A DNA stretch of 64,000 nucleotides from Escherichia coli (GCF_003018235.1 NZ_CP027437.1), one strand, 5' to 3'; shown: positions 24,426 through 38,507, counted from the stretch's first letter. Notes: generated from the letters alone by a model not told the origin. Program-made: numbers and translations.

Positions 24426-25778
24426 ATGAGTTCTTTAAGTCAGGCTGCGAGCAGTGTGGAAAAACGCACAAATGCTCGTTACTGGATAGTGGTGATGTTG
24501 TTTATCGTCACATCCTTCAACTACGGCGACCGCGCTACGCTCTCTATCGCCGGTTCGGAAATGGCCAAAGATATCGGCCTTGATCCTGTGGGAATGGGCT
24601 ATGTGTTCTCTGCCTTCTCATGGGCTTATGTTATCGGGCAGATCCCTGGTGGTTGGTTGCTGGATCGTTTTGGTTCAAAACGCGTCTACTTCTGGTCGAT
24701 CTTTATCTGGTCGATGTTTACCTTGCTGCAAGGTTTCGTCGATATTTTTAGTGGATTCGGCATTATCGTTGCCCTGTTTACGCTGCGCTTCCTGGTCGGG
24801 CTTGCTGAAGCGCCATCTTTCCCCGGTAACAGTCGCATTGTAGCGGCCTGGTTTCCGGCGCAGGAAAGGGGAACGGCGGTGTCGATTTTTAACTCCGCCC
24901 AATACTTCGCAACGGTGATCTTCGCGCCGATTATGGGCTGGCTGACGCATGAAGTGGGCTGGTCACACGTCTTCTTCTTTATGGGCGGTCTGGGCATTGT
25001 CATCAGCTTTTTCTGGCTGAAAGTCATCCACGAGCCAAATCAACATCCGGGTGTAAATCAGAAAGAGCTGGAGTACATCGCGGCGGGTGGCGCGCTGATC
25101 AATATGGATCAGCAAAACACCAAAGTTAAAGTACCGTTCAGCGTGAAGTGGGGGCAGATCAAACAGCTGCTCGGGTCACGGATGATGATCGGCGTTTATA
25201 TCGGTCAGTACTGTATCAACGCCCTGACTTACTTCTTTATTACCTGGTTCCCGGTTTATCTGGTGCAGGCACGCGGGATGTCGATTCTGAAAGCGGGCTT
25301 TGTGGCTTCCGTTCCGGCGGTTTGCGGTTTTATCGGCGGTGTGCTGGGTGGGATTATTTCCGACTGGCTGATGCGCCGCACGGGATCGCTGAACATTGCG
25401 CGTAAAACACCGATCGTAATGGGCATGTTGCTGTCGATGGTGATGGTGTTCTGCAACTACGTCAACGTTGAGTGGATGATCATCGGCTTTATGGCGCTGG
25501 CCTTCTTCGGTAAGGGCATCGGGGCGCTGGGTTGGGCAGTAATGGCAGATACCGCGCCAAAAGAGATCAGCGGTCTTTCCGGTGGCCTGTTCAACATGTT
25601 CGGTAACATTTCTGGCATCGTCACGCCAATCGCAATTGGTTATATCGTTGGCACGACTGGCTCGTTTAATGGGGCGCTGATTTATGTTGGTGTTCATGCC
25701 TTAATCGCGGTACTGAGCTACCTGGTGCTGGTGGGCGATATCAAGCGTATCGAGCTGAAACCTGTTGCGGGGCAATAA
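24426..25778 (+). CDS. gudP: Glucarate/galactarate transporter (MFS, anion:cation symporter family)
   Basis: 450-aa polytopic ORF, first gene of the gud operon. Confidence 0.9.
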   Translation: MSSLSQAASSVEKRTNARYWIVVMLFIVTSFNYGDRATLSIAGSEMAKDIGLDPVGMGYVFSAFSWAYVIGQIPGGWLLDRFGSKRVYFWSIFIWSMFTLLQGFVDIFSGFGIIVALFTLRFLVGLAEAPSFPGNSRIVAAWFPAQERGTAVSIFNSAQYFATVIFAPIMGWLTHEVGWSHVFFFMGGLGIVISFFWLKVIHEPNQHPGVNQKELEYIAAGGALINMDQQNTKVKVPFSVKWGQIKQLLGSRMMIGVYIGQYCINALTYFFITWFPVYLVQARGMSILKAGFVASVPAVCGFIGGVLGGIISDWLMRRTGSLNIARKTPIVMGMLLSMVMVFCNYVNVEWMIIGFMALAFFGKGIGALGWAVMADTAPKEISGLSGGLFNMFGNISGIVTPIAIGYIVGTTGSFNGALIYVGVHALIAVLSYLVLVGDIKRIELKPVAGQ

Positions 25779-25779
25779 G

Positions 25780-27120
25780 ATGGCGACACAATCCAGTCCT
25801 GTTATTACTGATATGAAAGTCATTCCGGTGGCCGGGCATGACAGCATGTTGCTTAATATTGGTGGTGCACATAACGCATATTTCACCCGCAATATTGTGG
25901 TACTCACCGATAACGCCGGGCATACCGGTATTGGTGAAGCGCCGGGCGGAGAGGTGATTTATCAAACACTGGTCGATGCTATTCCGATGGTGTTGGGCCA
26001 GGAGATCGCACGACTGAATAAAGTGGTTCAGCAGGTGCATAAAGGTAATCAGGCAGCCGATTTTGATACCTTCGGCAAAGGTGCCTGGACTTTTGAATTG
26101 CGCGTTAATGCCGTGGCGGCGCTGGAAGCCGCCTTGCTTGACCTGCTAGGTAAGGCGCTGAATGTTCCGGTCTGCGAACTGTTAGGGCCAGGCAAGCAAC
26201 GCGATGCTATTACCGTCCTCGGTTATCTGTTTTATATCGGTGATCGGACCAAAACCGATCTTCCTTATCTGGAAAATACGCCGGGCAACCATGAGTGGTA
26301 TCAATTGCGGCATCAGAAAGCCATGAACAGCGAAGCCGTTGTGCGTCTGGCGGAAGCTTCACAGGATCGCTATGGCTTTAAAGATTTCAAACTTAAGGGC
26401 GGCGTGTTACCTGGCGAGCAAGAAATCGACACTGTTCGTGCATTGAAGAAACGCTTCCCGGATGCGCGGATTACCGTTGATCCCAACGGTGCATGGCTGC
26501 TTGATGAAGCCATTTCTTTGTGCAAAGGGCTGAATGATGTTCTTACCTATGCCGAAGATCCATGCGGCGCAGAACAGGGTTTCTCCGGTCGTGAAGTGAT
26601 GGCGGAGTTTCGGCGGGCGACCGGCTTGCCCGTCGCGACTAACATGATCGCCACCAACTGGCGTGAAATGGGTCATGCGGTAATGCTCAATGCAGTAGAT
26701 ATTCCACTTGCCGATCCGCACTTCTGGACGCTTTCCGGTGCAGTCCGCGTGGCGCAGCTTTGCGACGACTGGGGGCTGACCTGGGGCTGTCATTCCAACA
26801 ACCACTTTGATATCTCTCTGGCGATGTTTACCCATGTGGGGGCGGCGGCACCGGGTAATCCTACCGCTATCGATACCCACTGGATTTGGCAGGAGGGAGA
26901 TTGTCGCCTGACCAAAAATCCGCTGGAGATTAAAAACGGAAAAATTGCCGTTCCTGATGCGCCCGGTCTGGGCGTGGAACTGGACTGGGAGCAGGTACAA
27001 AAGGCGCATGAGGCCTATAAACGTCTGCCTGGCGGTGCGCGTAACGACGCGGGCCCGATGCAGTACCTGATCCCCGGCTGGACCTTTGACCGTAAACGTC
27101 CCGTTTTCGGCCGTCATTGA
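25780..27120 (+). CDS. gudX: Glucarate dehydratase-related protein (enolase superfamily)
   Basis: Start placed at ATG 25780 ([17 protein letters not shown]...), 446 aa; paralogous to the next gene. Confidence 0.9.
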   Translation: MATQSSPVITDMKVIPVAGHDSMLLNIGGAHNAYFTRNIVVLTDNAGHTGIGEAPGGEVIYQTLVDAIPMVLGQEIARLNKVVQQVHKGNQAADFDTFGKGAWTFELRVNAVAALEAALLDLLGKALNVPVCELLGPGKQRDAITVLGYLFYIGDRTKTDLPYLENTPGNHEWYQLRHQKAMNSEAVVRLAEASQDRYGFKDFKLKGGVLPGEQEIDTVRALKKRFPDARITVDPNGAWLLDEAISLCKGLNDVLTYAEDPCGAEQGFSGREVMAEFRRATGLPVATNMIATNWREMGHAVMLNAVDIPLADPHFWTLSGAVRVAQLCDDWGLTWGCHSNNHFDISLAMFTHVGAAAPGNPTAIDTHWIWQEGDCRLTKNPLEIKNGKIAVPDAPGLGVELDWEQVQKAHEAYKRLPGGARNDAGPMQYLIPGWTFDRKRPVFGRH

Positions 27121-27140
27121 TTTTGAAAAAGGACATAAAT

Positions 27141-28481
27141 ATGAGTTCTCAATTTACGACGCCTGTTGTTACTGAAATGCAGGTCATCCCGGTGGCGGGC
27201 CATGACAGTATGCTGATGAATCTGAGTGGTGCACACGCACCGTTCTTCACGCGTAATATTGTGATTATCAAAGATAATTCTGGTCACACCGGCGTAGGGG
27301 AAATTCCCGGCGGCGAGAAAATCCGTAAAACGCTGGAAGATGCGATTCCGCTAGTGGTGGGTAAAACGCTGGGTGAATACAAAAACGTTCTGACGCTGGT
27401 GCGTAATACATTTGCCGATCGTGATGCCGGCGGGCGCGGTTTGCAGACATTTGATTTGCGGACCACTATTCATGTGGTTACCGGTATAGAAGCGGCAATG
27501 CTGGATCTGCTGGGGCAGCATCTGGGGGTTAACGTGGCATCGCTGCTGGGCGATGGTCAACAGCGTAGCGAAGTCGAAATGCTCGGTTATCTGTTCTTCG
27601 TCGGTAATCGCAAAGCCACACCGCTTCCGTATCAAAGCCAGCCGGATGATAAATGTGACTGGTATCGCCTGCGTCACGAAGAAGCGATGACGCCGGATGC
27701 GGTGGTGCGCCTGGCGGAAGCGGCATATGAAAAATATGGCTTCAACGATTTCAAACTGAAGGGCGGTGTACTGGCCGGGGAAGAAGAAGCAGAATCTATT
27801 GTGGCACTGGCGCAACGCTTCCCACAGGCGCGTATTACCCTCGATCCTAACGGTGCCTGGTCGCTGAACGAAGCGATTAAAATTGGTAAATACCTGAAAG
27901 GTTCGCTGGCTTATGCAGAAGATCCGTGTGGTGCGGAGCAAGGTTTCTCCGGGCGTGAAGTGATGGCAGAGTTCCGTCGCGCGACTGGCCTGCCGACCGC
28001 AACCAATATGATCGCCACCGACTGGCGGCAGATGGGCCATACGCTCTCCCTGCAATCCGTTGATATCCCGCTGGCGGATCCGCATTTCTGGACGATGCAA
28101 GGTTCGGTACGTGTGGCGCAAATGTGCCATGAATTTGGCCTGACCTGGGGTTCACACTCTAACAACCACTTCGATATTTCCCTGGCGATGTTTACCCATG
28201 TAGCCGCTGCTGCACCGGGTAAAATTACTGCTATTGATACGCACTGGATCTGGCAGGAAGGCAATCAGCGTCTGACCAAAGAACCGTTTGAGATCAAAGG
28301 CGGGCTGGTACAGGTGCCGCAAAAACCAGGATTGGGCGTAGAAATCGATATGGATCAGGTGATGAAAGCCCACGAGCTGTATCAGAAACATGGGCTTGGT
28401 GCGCGTGACGATGCGATGGGAATGCAGTACCTGATTCCTGGCTGGACGTTTGATAACAAGCGCCCGTGCATGGTGCGTTAA
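27141..28481 (+). CDS. gudD: Glucarate dehydratase (enolase superfamily)
   Basis: Start placed at ATG 27141 ([18 protein letters not shown]...), 446 aa. Confidence 0.92.
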   Translation: MSSQFTTPVVTEMQVIPVAGHDSMLMNLSGAHAPFFTRNIVIIKDNSGHTGVGEIPGGEKIRKTLEDAIPLVVGKTLGEYKNVLTLVRNTFADRDAGGRGLQTFDLRTTIHVVTGIEAAMLDLLGQHLGVNVASLLGDGQQRSEVEMLGYLFFVGNRKATPLPYQSQPDDKCDWYRLRHEEAMTPDAVVRLAEAAYEKYGFNDFKLKGGVLAGEEEAESIVALAQRFPQARITLDPNGAWSLNEAIKIGKYLKGSLAYAEDPCGAEQGFSGREVMAEFRRATGLPTATNMIATDWRQMGHTLSLQSVDIPLADPHFWTMQGSVRVAQMCHEFGLTWGSHSNNHFDISLAMFTHVAAAAPGKITAIDTHWIWQEGNQRLTKEPFEIKGGLVQVPQKPGLGVEIDMDQVMKAHELYQKHGLGARDDAMGMQYLIPGWTFDNKRPCMVR

Positions 28482-28494
28482 GACAGAAAACCAA

Positions 28495-28518
28495 AACCGG
28501 CTTCATAAGAAGTCGGTT
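28495..28518. terminator. Hairpin between convergent gudD and barA (possible bidirectional terminator)
   Basis: AACCGGCTTC-ATAA-GAAGTCGGTT stem-loop flanked by an A-tract on the plus strand (a U-tract for the minus-strand transcript). Confidence 0.4.
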
Positions 28519-28554
28519 TGAGATTACTGACGAAGTGGTTTACGGGGCCGGTTT

Positions 28555-28656
28555 TCCCCCTCGCCCTTTCAGGGAGAGGGGCGGGGTGAGGGTAATCATT
28601 CGCACTTGCGTTGGCCTGTTCCCCTCACCCTAACCCTCTCCCCGGAGGGGCGAGGG
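28555..28656. repeat. Pair of GC-rich inverted intergenic repeat units
   Basis: Unit A CCCCCTCGCCCTTTCAGGGAGAGGGGCGGGGTGAGGG (28555-28591) and unit B CCCCTCACCCTAACCCTCTCCCCGGAGGGGCGAGGG (28621-28656) are approximate reverse complements of each other, about 30 bp apart; I cannot assign them with certainty to a named repeat family. Confidence 0.5.
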
Positions 28657-28721
28657 GACTGTCTGTGCTGCTCCCAGCATTGGCATTGGACGGAACCTAT
28701 TTTGACTCGACAAGACGTCCA

Positions 28722-31478
28722 TTACCCGAGAATTTTGCTGGCTTCGCGCGCGACATTATCCATCTCGTCCAACAGTTCCAGCAGCTCCGGCTCCAAATCT
28801 TCTTCTTTAGTACCGCTACGTAGCTGTTGTTCGATCAGCTGGCAGAGATTCTTCATACGCGGCACACCGCTATAGCCGCAACTGCCATGCAGTTTATGAA
28901 TCAAATCAACCAGGCCTTCCGGGTTTTCTCCAACCAGCTGTTCCTCAACTTTGTTGCGAACTTCAGGCAGGAAATCGAGTAACATTTGCAGCATATCGCG
29001 CGCTAAATCGGTTTTTCCTGCTGCCTGGCGTAGTGCCAGTTGCCAGTCGAGGGTCGCATTCGGGTTCACCACAATTTCGTTGACTTCGGGCGTCACGACG
29101 CGAGAGGAAATACCGCTGCCAGGCTTGTAGCGCAACAGCAAATTATGCAATCGCTCTTCTTCAATCGGTTTCGCCAGATAATCGCTCATCCCTGCGCCAA
29201 GCAGCTTCTCTTTTTGCCCGGCCATTGCATGCGCCGTTACCGCGATAACCGGCGTTTGTTGCTGATGGGGGAGCTGGTGGATGAGTTCGCAGGCCCGAAT
29301 GCCGTCCATGTCCGGCATTTGAATATCCATTAAGATCAAATCGAACGGCATCTGTTTCGCCCGTTCAACCGCCTGATGCCCGCTATCGCAAAGTTCCACA
29401 TGTTGCACCATATCTTCCAGCAATGCGCCGATAAGTTTCAGGTTAGCGGGGTTGTCATCAACCGCCATGACTGTCATTGCCAGCTTACTTTCATCGGTTA
29501 CAGGCAAAAGCGTGTTTTGTTTGTGATGACAAAATTCCGTCAGGGCAGGTAACAGGCGCGTAGGTGTTAATGGTTTCAGCAGACACGCGCCGATACCATC
29601 TTGCTTAAGTTTTTCAGCATTGACTTGTGCATGGCAAGGAAGTGCCAGCATCAGAAAATCGGTCATCGATACCGCTTTCGCTAATCGCTCATGTTGCATT
29701 GTTAGCGGCTCGCGGAAGGTCACCGCAATGCCTAATAACATCATGTCGTAATGCGCGGGAGGCAGCGCGGAGAACGTTGGGCTATAAACCACTTCCAGCG
29801 GCGTTTCACTTAAAATATCCAGCGTGCATTGCGCTGCTGCGGAGTTTGGTTCGACATAGGCCAGGCGCTTGCCGGCGAGGCACTGGGTGGATGGCCCTTC
29901 GATAATAATGTTCGGATTCAGATCGAGATTAATGTGGAACCAGAAAGTTGAACCGCGATTCGGCTGGCTATGGAACGAAATATCGCCGCCCATTTCATTA
30001 ACCAGTTTTTGTGTAATCACCAGCCCCAGCCCGGTGCCACCATGACGGCGGGAAATACTGGCATCAGCCTGTCGGAAGGCCTGGAATAAGCGCGATTGAT
30101 CGCGTTCAGGAATACCAATGCCGGTATCCCGAATCTGCACTTCAATCTGCACTTTGGTATTACTCAGCGCACGTTTTTCTACCAGAATATCAATGTTGCC
30201 ATTCTCGGTGAATTTAATTGCATTCCCCACCAGGTTAGTGATGATTTGCTGTAATCGTAGTGGGTCGCCGATCACGTTATCAGGCACGTCGCTTTTAATA
30301 TTGAGCGTCAGTTCCAGCCCTTTATCGTGAGAAGAATGTGCCAGCAGGGTAACGACTTCATCCAGCGTGCTGCGTAGTGGGAATGGAATACTTTCCAGAA
30401 TCAGCTTACCGGCTTCCAGTTTCGAGAAGTCGAGAACATCATTAATAATTGCCAGCAAATTATTTGCCGAACGTTCAATCGTATTCAGGTGATCGCGCTG
30501 CGTTGGTGTTAATTCTGTTTTCAGCGTCAGGCGGGTAAAGCCAATAACACCATTCAGTGGTGTACGCAGCTCGTGTGACATATTTGCCAAAAACTCGGAT
30601 TTAATACGCGCCGCTTCCTGGGCGCGCTTTTTCGCCAGATCCAACTCAACGTTCTGAATTTCCATCTGCTCCAGCGTTTCACGCAGATCGGACGTCGCCT
30701 GGTCGATATTGTGCTGCATCTCTTCGTGATAAGCAGCCAGCGACATTGCCATCGAGTTGATACCGTTTTTCAGCATATCCAGCTCGCCGAGCATAAATCC
30801 TTCCACCCGGCTGTCGAGTTGCCCGCGACGGATGCGGTCGACGGTATTCACCATATTGCGAATCGGACCGGTTACATCGCGCATTAAGCGCCAGCCAAAA
30901 ATAAGCGCAATACCGATACAAAACAGCATCATCACGCTGGAAATAAAGATCTCTTTATATTGCTGCAAGCGAACCGATTTAAGATCCAGCTCAAGCGCAA
31001 TATATCCCAACATATTTTGACTATTTTTGGCATCGCTACTGGGCGATTCGTCGGGGGAGTAACTCTCAGAAATAATCGGTGTGCGGAGGATCATAATATC
31101 GCCGTCACGAGTGACAGTGAGCTGGCGAGGAAACGGCACGTTGCTGCCGAGCTGCATTGATGAGGGATCAAGATGAAAATTGGAGGTGACAAAGAGTCGA
31201 TTATTTTCATCATAAACCGAAATCGCGCGAACAATATCGGAATGGCGACGATGCAGTACGCTTATTAACTGACCGATAGATTCGCGATTTTGCAGGCTCA
31301 TGCCATATTCAGTAGAAACTGCAAGCGGCTCAATAATGCTGGCTCCGGCATCTTCCAGTTGACGCTGCAAGTCGTTATAGCGATGCACAACGAAAAAGAT
31401 ACTCAGCAATAAACCAATAAGGACGGTCGGTGCCAGGATCAGAATCATCATGCGTGCGCGCAGGCTGTAGTTGGTCAT
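28722..31478 (-). CDS. barA: Hybrid sensor histidine kinase BarA (tripartite HK with receiver and HPt domains)
   Basis: 918-aa ORF with two N-terminal TM segments, HAMP, HisKA (H-box SHELRTPLN), ATPase, receiver and HPt domains. Confidence 0.93.
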
Positions 31479-31534
31479 GGAGTTCCGTTATGGGACAATT
31501 AAGGTCACACTGTTAAATTGAGAAAGTCTCGCCA

Positions 31535-32836
31535 ATGGCGCAATTCTACTCTGCAAAACGACGCACGACGACGCGTCAGATCATAACCGTTTCAGTCAAC
31601 GACCTCGACTCTTTTGGTCAGGGCGTGGCGCGACATAACGGCAAAACGTTATTTATCCCCGGATTATTGCCGCAGGAAAACGCTGAAGTTACTGTTACTG
31701 AAGATAAAAAACAATACGCCCGCGCTAAAGTCGTACGCCGGTTAAGCGATAGCCCGGAACGCGAAACGCCACGCTGTCCTCATTTTGGCGTATGCGGCGG
31801 TTGTCAGCAACAACACGCCAGCGTGGATTTACAGCAGCGAAGCAAAAGTGCGGCACTCGCCCGATTAATGAAACACGAAGTCTCTGAAGTGATCGCCGAT
31901 GTTCCCTGGGGCTATCGCCGTCGCGCGCGTTTAAGTCTGAACTACTTACCGAAAACACAGCAACTTCAGATGGGGTTTCGCAAAGCGGGCTCCAGTGACA
32001 TTGTCGACGTTAAACAATGCCCCATTTTAGTGCCCCAACTTGAAGCATTGCTGCCCAAAGTCAGGGCATGCCTGGACAGCTTACAAGCTATGCGCCATCT
32101 TGGTCATGTTGAACTGGTACAGGCAACCAGCGGCACGCTGATGATTTTGCGCCATACCGCACCGCTAAGTTCGGCTGATCGCGAAAAACTGGAACGCTTT
32201 TCGCATTCTGAAGGCCTGGATCTGTATCTCGCCCCCGATAGTGAGATACTCGAAACCGTCGCTGGTGAGATGCCCTGGTATGACTCAAACGGGTTGCGCT
32301 TAACTTTTAGCCCGCGCGATTTTATTCAGGTCAATGCGGGTGTGAACCAAAAAATGGTAGCGCGTGCGTTGGAATGGCTGGATGTGCAACCTGAAGATCG
32401 CGTACTGGATCTGTTCTGCGGTATGGGCAACTTTACACTGCCATTGGCGACACAAGCTGCCAGTGTGGTGGGTGTAGAAGGCGTTCCGGCGCTGGTGGAA
32501 AAAGGCCAGCAGAATGCGCGTCTTAATGGCTTACACAATGTGACGTTTTATCACGAAAATCTTGAAGAAGATGTCACAAAGCAGCCGTGGGCGAAAAACG
32601 GCTTCGATAAAGTGTTGCTGGACCCGGCGCGAGCAGGTGCCGCAGGTGTTATGCAGCAAATTATAAAACTGGAACCTATTCGTATAGTTTATGTATCCTG
32701 TAACCCTGCAACGCTGGCTCGGGATAGCGAAGCGTTATTAAAAGCAGGATATACCATTGCGCGACTGGCGATGCTGGATATGTTCCCACACACGGGACAT
32801 CTGGAATCGATGGTACTTTTCTCGCGCGTTAAATAG
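31535..32836 (+). CDS. rlmD: 23S rRNA (uracil1939-C5)-methyltransferase
   Basis: 433-aa ORF with an N-terminal TRAM domain, a CxxxxxxCxxC cluster ([10 protein letters not shown]) and a SAM-MTase core. Confidence 0.9.
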   Translation: MAQFYSAKRRTTTRQIITVSVNDLDSFGQGVARHNGKTLFIPGLLPQENAEVTVTEDKKQYARAKVVRRLSDSPERETPRCPHFGVCGGCQQQHASVDLQQRSKSAALARLMKHEVSEVIADVPWGYRRRARLSLNYLPKTQQLQMGFRKAGSSDIVDVKQCPILVPQLEALLPKVRACLDSLQAMRHLGHVELVQATSGTLMILRHTAPLSSADREKLERFSHSEGLDLYLAPDSEILETVAGEMPWYDSNGLRLTFSPRDFIQVNAGVNQKMVARALEWLDVQPEDRVLDLFCGMGNFTLPLATQAASVVGVEGVPALVEKGQQNARLNGLHNVTFYHENLEEDVTKQPWAKNGFDKVLLDPARAGAAGVMQQIIKLEPIRIVYVSCNPATLARDSEALLKAGYTIARLAMLDMFPHTGHLESMVLFSRVK

Positions 32837-32883
32837 TTACGATTTGCCGATTTCGGCAGGTCTGGTCCCTAAAGGAGAGGACG

Positions 32884-35118
32884 ATGGTTGCGGTAAGAAG
32901 TGCACATATCAATAAGGCTGGTGAATTTGATCCGGAAAAATGGATCGCAAGTCTGGGTATTACCAGCCAGAAGTCGTGTGAGTGCTTAGCCGAAACCTGG
33001 GCGTATTGTCTGCAACAGACGCAGGGGCATCCGGATGCCAGTCTGTTATTGTGGCGTGGTGTTGAGATGGTGGAGATCCTCTCGACATTAAGTATGGACA
33101 TTGACACGCTGCGGGCGGCGCTGCTGTTCCCTCTGGCCGATGCCAACGTAGTCAGCGAAGATGTGCTGCGTGAGAGCGTCGGTAAGTCGGTCGTTAACCT
33201 TATTCACGGTGTGCGTGATATGGCGGCGATCCGCCAGCTGAAAGCGACGCATACCGATTCTGTTTCCTCCGAACAGGTCGATAACGTTCGCCGGATGTTA
33301 TTGGCGATGGTCGATGATTTTCGCTGCGTGGTCATCAAACTGGCAGAGCGTATTGCTCATCTGCGCGAAGTAAAAGACGCGCCGGAAGATGAACGCGTAC
33401 TGGCGGCAAAAGAGTGCACCAATATCTACGCGCCGTTGGCGAACCGTCTTGGGATTGGACAACTGAAATGGGAGCTGGAAGATTACTGCTTCCGTTATCT
33501 CCACCCGACCGAATACAAACGCATCGCAAAACTGCTGCATGAACGCCGTCTCGACCGCGAACACTATATCGAAGAGTTTGTCGGTCATCTGCGCGCTGAG
33601 ATGAAAGCTGAAGGCGTTAAAGCTGAAGTGTATGGTCGTCCGAAACACATCTACAGCATCTGGCGCAAAATGCAGAAAAAGAACCTCGCCTTCGATGAGC
33701 TGTTTGATGTGCGTGCGGTACGTATTGTCGCCGAGCGTTTACAGGATTGTTATGCCGCACTGGGGATAGTGCACACTCACTATCGCCACCTGCCGGATGA
33801 GTTTGACGATTACGTCGCTAACCCGAAACCAAACGGTTATCAGTCTATTCATACCGTGGTTCTGGGACCAGGTGGCAAAACCGTAGAGATCCAAATCCGC
33901 ACCAAACAGATGCATGAAGATGCAGAGTTGGGTGTTGCTGCGCACTGGAAATATAAAGAAGGCGCGGCAGCTGGCGGCGCACGTTCGGGACATGAAGACC
34001 GAATTGCCTGGCTGCGTAAACTGATTGCGTGGCAGGAAGAGATGGCTGATTCCGGCGAAATGCTCGACGAAGTACGCAGCCAGGTCTTTGACGACCGGGT
34101 GTATGTCTTTACGCCGAAAGGTGATGTCGTTGATTTGCCTGCGGGATCAACACCGCTGGACTTCGCTTACCACATCCACAGTGATGTCGGACACCGCTGC
34201 ATCGGGGCAAAAATTGGCGGGCGCATTGTGCCGTTCACCTACCAGCTGCAGATGGGCGACCAGATTGAAATTATCACCCAGAAACAGCCGAACCCCAGCC
34301 GTGACTGGTTAAACCCAAACCTCGGTTACGTCACAACCAGCCGTGGGCGTTCGAAAATTCACGCCTGGTTCCGTAAACAGGACCGTGACAAAAACGTTCT
34401 GGCTGGGCGGCAAATCCTTGACGACGAGCTGGAACATCTGGGGATCAGCCTGAAAGAAGCAGAAAAACATCTGCTGCCGCGTTACAACTTCAATGATGTC
34501 GACGAGTTGCTGGCGGCGATTGGTGGCGGGGATATCCGTCTCAATCAGATGGTGAACTTCCTGCAATCGCAATTTAATAAGCCGAGTGCCGAAGAGCAGG
34601 ACGCCGCCGCGCTGAAGCAACTTCAGCAAAAAAGCTACACGCCGCAAAACCGCAGTAAAGATAACGGTCGTGTGGTGGTTGAAGGTGTCGGTAACCTGAT
34701 GCACCACATCGCGCGCTGCTGCCAGCCGATTCCTGGAGATGAGATTGTCGGCTTCATTACCCAGGGACGCGGTATTTCAGTACACCGCGCCGATTGCGAA
34801 CAACTGGCGGAACTGCGCTCCCATGCGCCAGAACGCATTGTTGACGCGGTATGGGGTGAGAGCTACTCCGCCGGATATTCGCTGGTGGTCCGCGTGGTGG
34901 CTAATGATCGTAGTGGGTTGTTACGTGATATCACGACCATTCTTGCCAACGAGAAGGTGAACGTACTTGGCGTTGCCAGCCGTAGCGACACCAAACAGCA
35001 ACTGGCGACTATCGACATGACCATTGAGATTTACAATCTGCAAGTGCTGGGCCGCGTGCTGGGTAAACTCAATCAGGTGCCAGACGTTATCGACGCGCGT
35101 CGGTTGCACGGGAGTTAG
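32884..35118 (+). CDS. relA: GTP pyrophosphokinase, (p)ppGpp synthetase I
   Basis: 744-aa ORF with RelA/SpoT synthetase, TGS and ACT domains. Confidence 0.93.
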   Translation: MVAVRSAHINKAGEFDPEKWIASLGITSQKSCECLAETWAYCLQQTQGHPDASLLLWRGVEMVEILSTLSMDIDTLRAALLFPLADANVVSEDVLRESVGKSVVNLIHGVRDMAAIRQLKATHTDSVSSEQVDNVRRMLLAMVDDFRCVVIKLAERIAHLREVKDAPEDERVLAAKECTNIYAPLANRLGIGQLKWELEDYCFRYLHPTEYKRIAKLLHERRLDREHYIEEFVGHLRAEMKAEGVKAEVYGRPKHIYSIWRKMQKKNLAFDELFDVRAVRIVAERLQDCYAALGIVHTHYRHLPDEFDDYVANPKPNGYQSIHTVVLGPGGKTVEIQIRTKQMHEDAELGVAAHWKYKEGAAAGGARSGHEDRIAWLRKLIAWQEEMADSGEMLDEVRSQVFDDRVYVFTPKGDVVDLPAGSTPLDFAYHIHSDVGHRCIGAKIGGRIVPFTYQLQMGDQIEIITQKQPNPSRDWLNPNLGYVTTSRGRSKIHAWFRKQDRDKNVLAGRQILDDELEHLGISLKEAEKHLLPRYNFNDVDELLAAIGGGDIRLNQMVNFLQSQFNKPSAEEQDAAALKQLQQKSYTPQNRSKDNGRVVVEGVGNLMHHIARCCQPIPGDEIVGFITQGRGISVHRADCEQLAELRSHAPERIVDAVWGESYSAGYSLVVRVVANDRSGLLRDITTILANEKVNVLGVASRSDTKQQLATIDMTIEIYNLQVLGRVLGKLNQVPDVIDARRLHGS

Positions 35119-35133
35119 GCCGAAATTAGCTCG

Positions 35134-35178
35134 TATCTACAATGTAGATTGATATATACTGTATCTACATATGATAGC
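35134..35178 (+). promoter_or_regulatory. mazEF promoter region with the alternating palindrome
   Basis: TATCTACAATGTAGATTGATATATACTGTATCTACATATGATAGC just upstream of mazE; overlapping palindromic arms are characteristic of the autoregulated mazEF P2 promoter. Confidence 0.6.
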
Positions 35179-35195
35179 GGTTTGAGGAAAGGGTT

Positions 35196-35444
35196 ATGAT
35201 CCACAGTAGCGTAAAGCGTTGGGGAAATTCACCGGCGGTGCGGATCCCGGCTACGTTAATGCAGGCGCTCAATCTGAATATTGATGATGAAGTGAAGATT
35301 GACCTGGTGGATGGCAAATTAATTATTGAGCCAGTACGTAAAGAGCCCGTATTTACGCTTGCTGAACTGGTCAACGACATCACGCCGGAAAACCTCCACG
35401 AGAATATCGACTGGGGGGAGCCGAAAGATAAGGAAGTCTGGTAA
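35196..35444 (+). CDS. mazE: Type II antitoxin MazE
   Basis: 82-aa ORF (AbrB/SpoVT-like fold), overlapping the mazF start. Confidence 0.92.
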
Positions 35445-35779
35445 TGGTAAGCCGATACGTACCCGATATGGGCGATCTGATTTGGGTTGATTTTGACCCG
35501 ACAAAAGGTAGCGAGCAAGCCGGACATCGTCCGGCTGTTGTCCTGAGTCCGTTCATGTACAACAACAAAACAGGTATGTGTCTGTGTGTTCCTTGTACAA
35601 CGCAATCAAAAGGATATCCGTTCGAAGTTGTTTTATCCGGTCAGGAACGTGATGGCGTAGCGTTAGCTGATCAGGTAAAAAGTATCGCCTGGCGGGCAAG
35701 AGGAGCAACGAAGAAAGGAACGGTTGCCCCAGAGGAATTACAGCTCATTAAAGCCAAAATTAACGTGCTGATTGGGTAG
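35444..35779 (+). CDS. mazF: Type II toxin MazF (ACA-specific mRNA interferase)
   Basis: 111-aa ORF of the PemK/MazF family. Confidence 0.92.
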   Translation: MVSRYVPDMGDLIWVDFDPTKGSEQAGHRPAVVLSPFMYNNKTGMCLCVPCTTQSKGYPFEVVLSGQERDGVALADQVKSIAWRARGATKKGTVAPEELQLIKAKINVLIG

Positions 35780-35850
35780 GTGTTACTAACTCACTTCTAT
35801 TCTGGTCACAGGTTTCCACCTGACAGACCCGCAATTTTCAGGACATTCTA

Positions 35851-36642
35851 ATGAATCAAATCGACCGTTTGCTCACTATTATGCAGCGCCTGCGCGACCC
35901 GGAAAACGGCTGCCCGTGGGATAAAGAGCAGACATTTGCCACCATTGCACCTTACACCCTTGAAGAAACCTACGAAGTGCTGGACGCTATTGCCCGTGAA
36001 GATTTTGACGATCTGCGCGGTGAACTCGGCGATCTACTGTTCCAGGTGGTTTTTTACGCACAAATGGCCCAGGAAGAAGGGCGCTTTGATTTTAATGATA
36101 TTTGCGCCGCGATTAGCGATAAATTAGAACGTCGCCATCCGCATGTTTTTGCTGACAGTTCTGCCGAAAACAGTAGTGAAGTGCTTGCCCGTTGGGAGCA
36201 AATCAAAACCGAAGAGCGCGCGCAGAAAGCGCAGCATTCGGCGCTGGACGATATTCCTCGTAGTTTACCAGCCTTAATGCGTGCACAAAAAATCCAGAAA
36301 CGTTGCGCCAACGTTGGTTTTGACTGGACGACGCTTGGTCCGGTAGTCGATAAAGTCTACGAAGAGATCGACGAGGTGATGTACGAGGCACGGCAGGCTG
36401 TTATCGACCAGGCTAAACTGGAGGAGGAAATGGGCGACCTGCTGTTTGCCACGGTCAATCTGGCTCGTCATTTAGGGACAAAAGCGGAAATCGCATTGCA
36501 AAAAGCGAACGAAAAATTCGAGCGTCGTTTTCGCGAAGTGGAGCGTATTGTTGCCGCGCGTGGACTGGAAATGACAGGTGTTGACCTCGAAACAATGGAA
36601 GAAGTCTGGCAACAGGTAAAACGGCAGGAAATTGATCTCTAA
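35851..36642 (+). CDS. mazG: Nucleoside triphosphate pyrophosphohydrolase MazG
   Basis: 263-aa ORF with tandem MazG domains. Confidence 0.92.
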   Translation: MNQIDRLLTIMQRLRDPENGCPWDKEQTFATIAPYTLEETYEVLDAIAREDFDDLRGELGDLLFQVVFYAQMAQEEGRFDFNDICAAISDKLERRHPHVFADSSAENSSEVLARWEQIKTEERAQKAQHSALDDIPRSLPALMRAQKIQKRCANVGFDWTTLGPVVDKVYEEIDEVMYEARQAVIDQAKLEEEMGDLLFATVNLARHLGTKAEIALQKANEKFERRFREVERIVAARGLEMTGVDLETMEEVWQQVKRQEIDL

Positions 36643-36854
36643 GGGAATTACGTGGTCAAGCGCGATTTGTGTCATTTTTTAAATGACAAGCGCTTGATTT
36701 GCGTCAAAAACATTTACCCCAAAGGGGCTATTTTCTCACTCCTGATTTCAATAGTGCGCTGGCGAAGAGGAGGGATAATGAAAGTTTGTGGCACAGGTCA
36801 TGTTCGGGTATACTGCTTTCCCGTCCTGGTTATTCCATCGTCTTTTCAACCTAA

Positions 36855-38507
<1,653 letters not shown>

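Noticed and set aside
27351-28130. 259-aa minus-strand ORF antisense to gudD, and similar antisense ORFs within gudX (26407-27117), gudP (25176-25697), cysJ (54973-55566), cysI (55827-56879), ygcU (46838-47764), fucI (10131-10880), cysD (60157-60777) and barA
   Set aside because: All lie fully inside strongly supported genes on the opposite strand and show no protein-family resemblance; long antisense ORFs are expected by chance.
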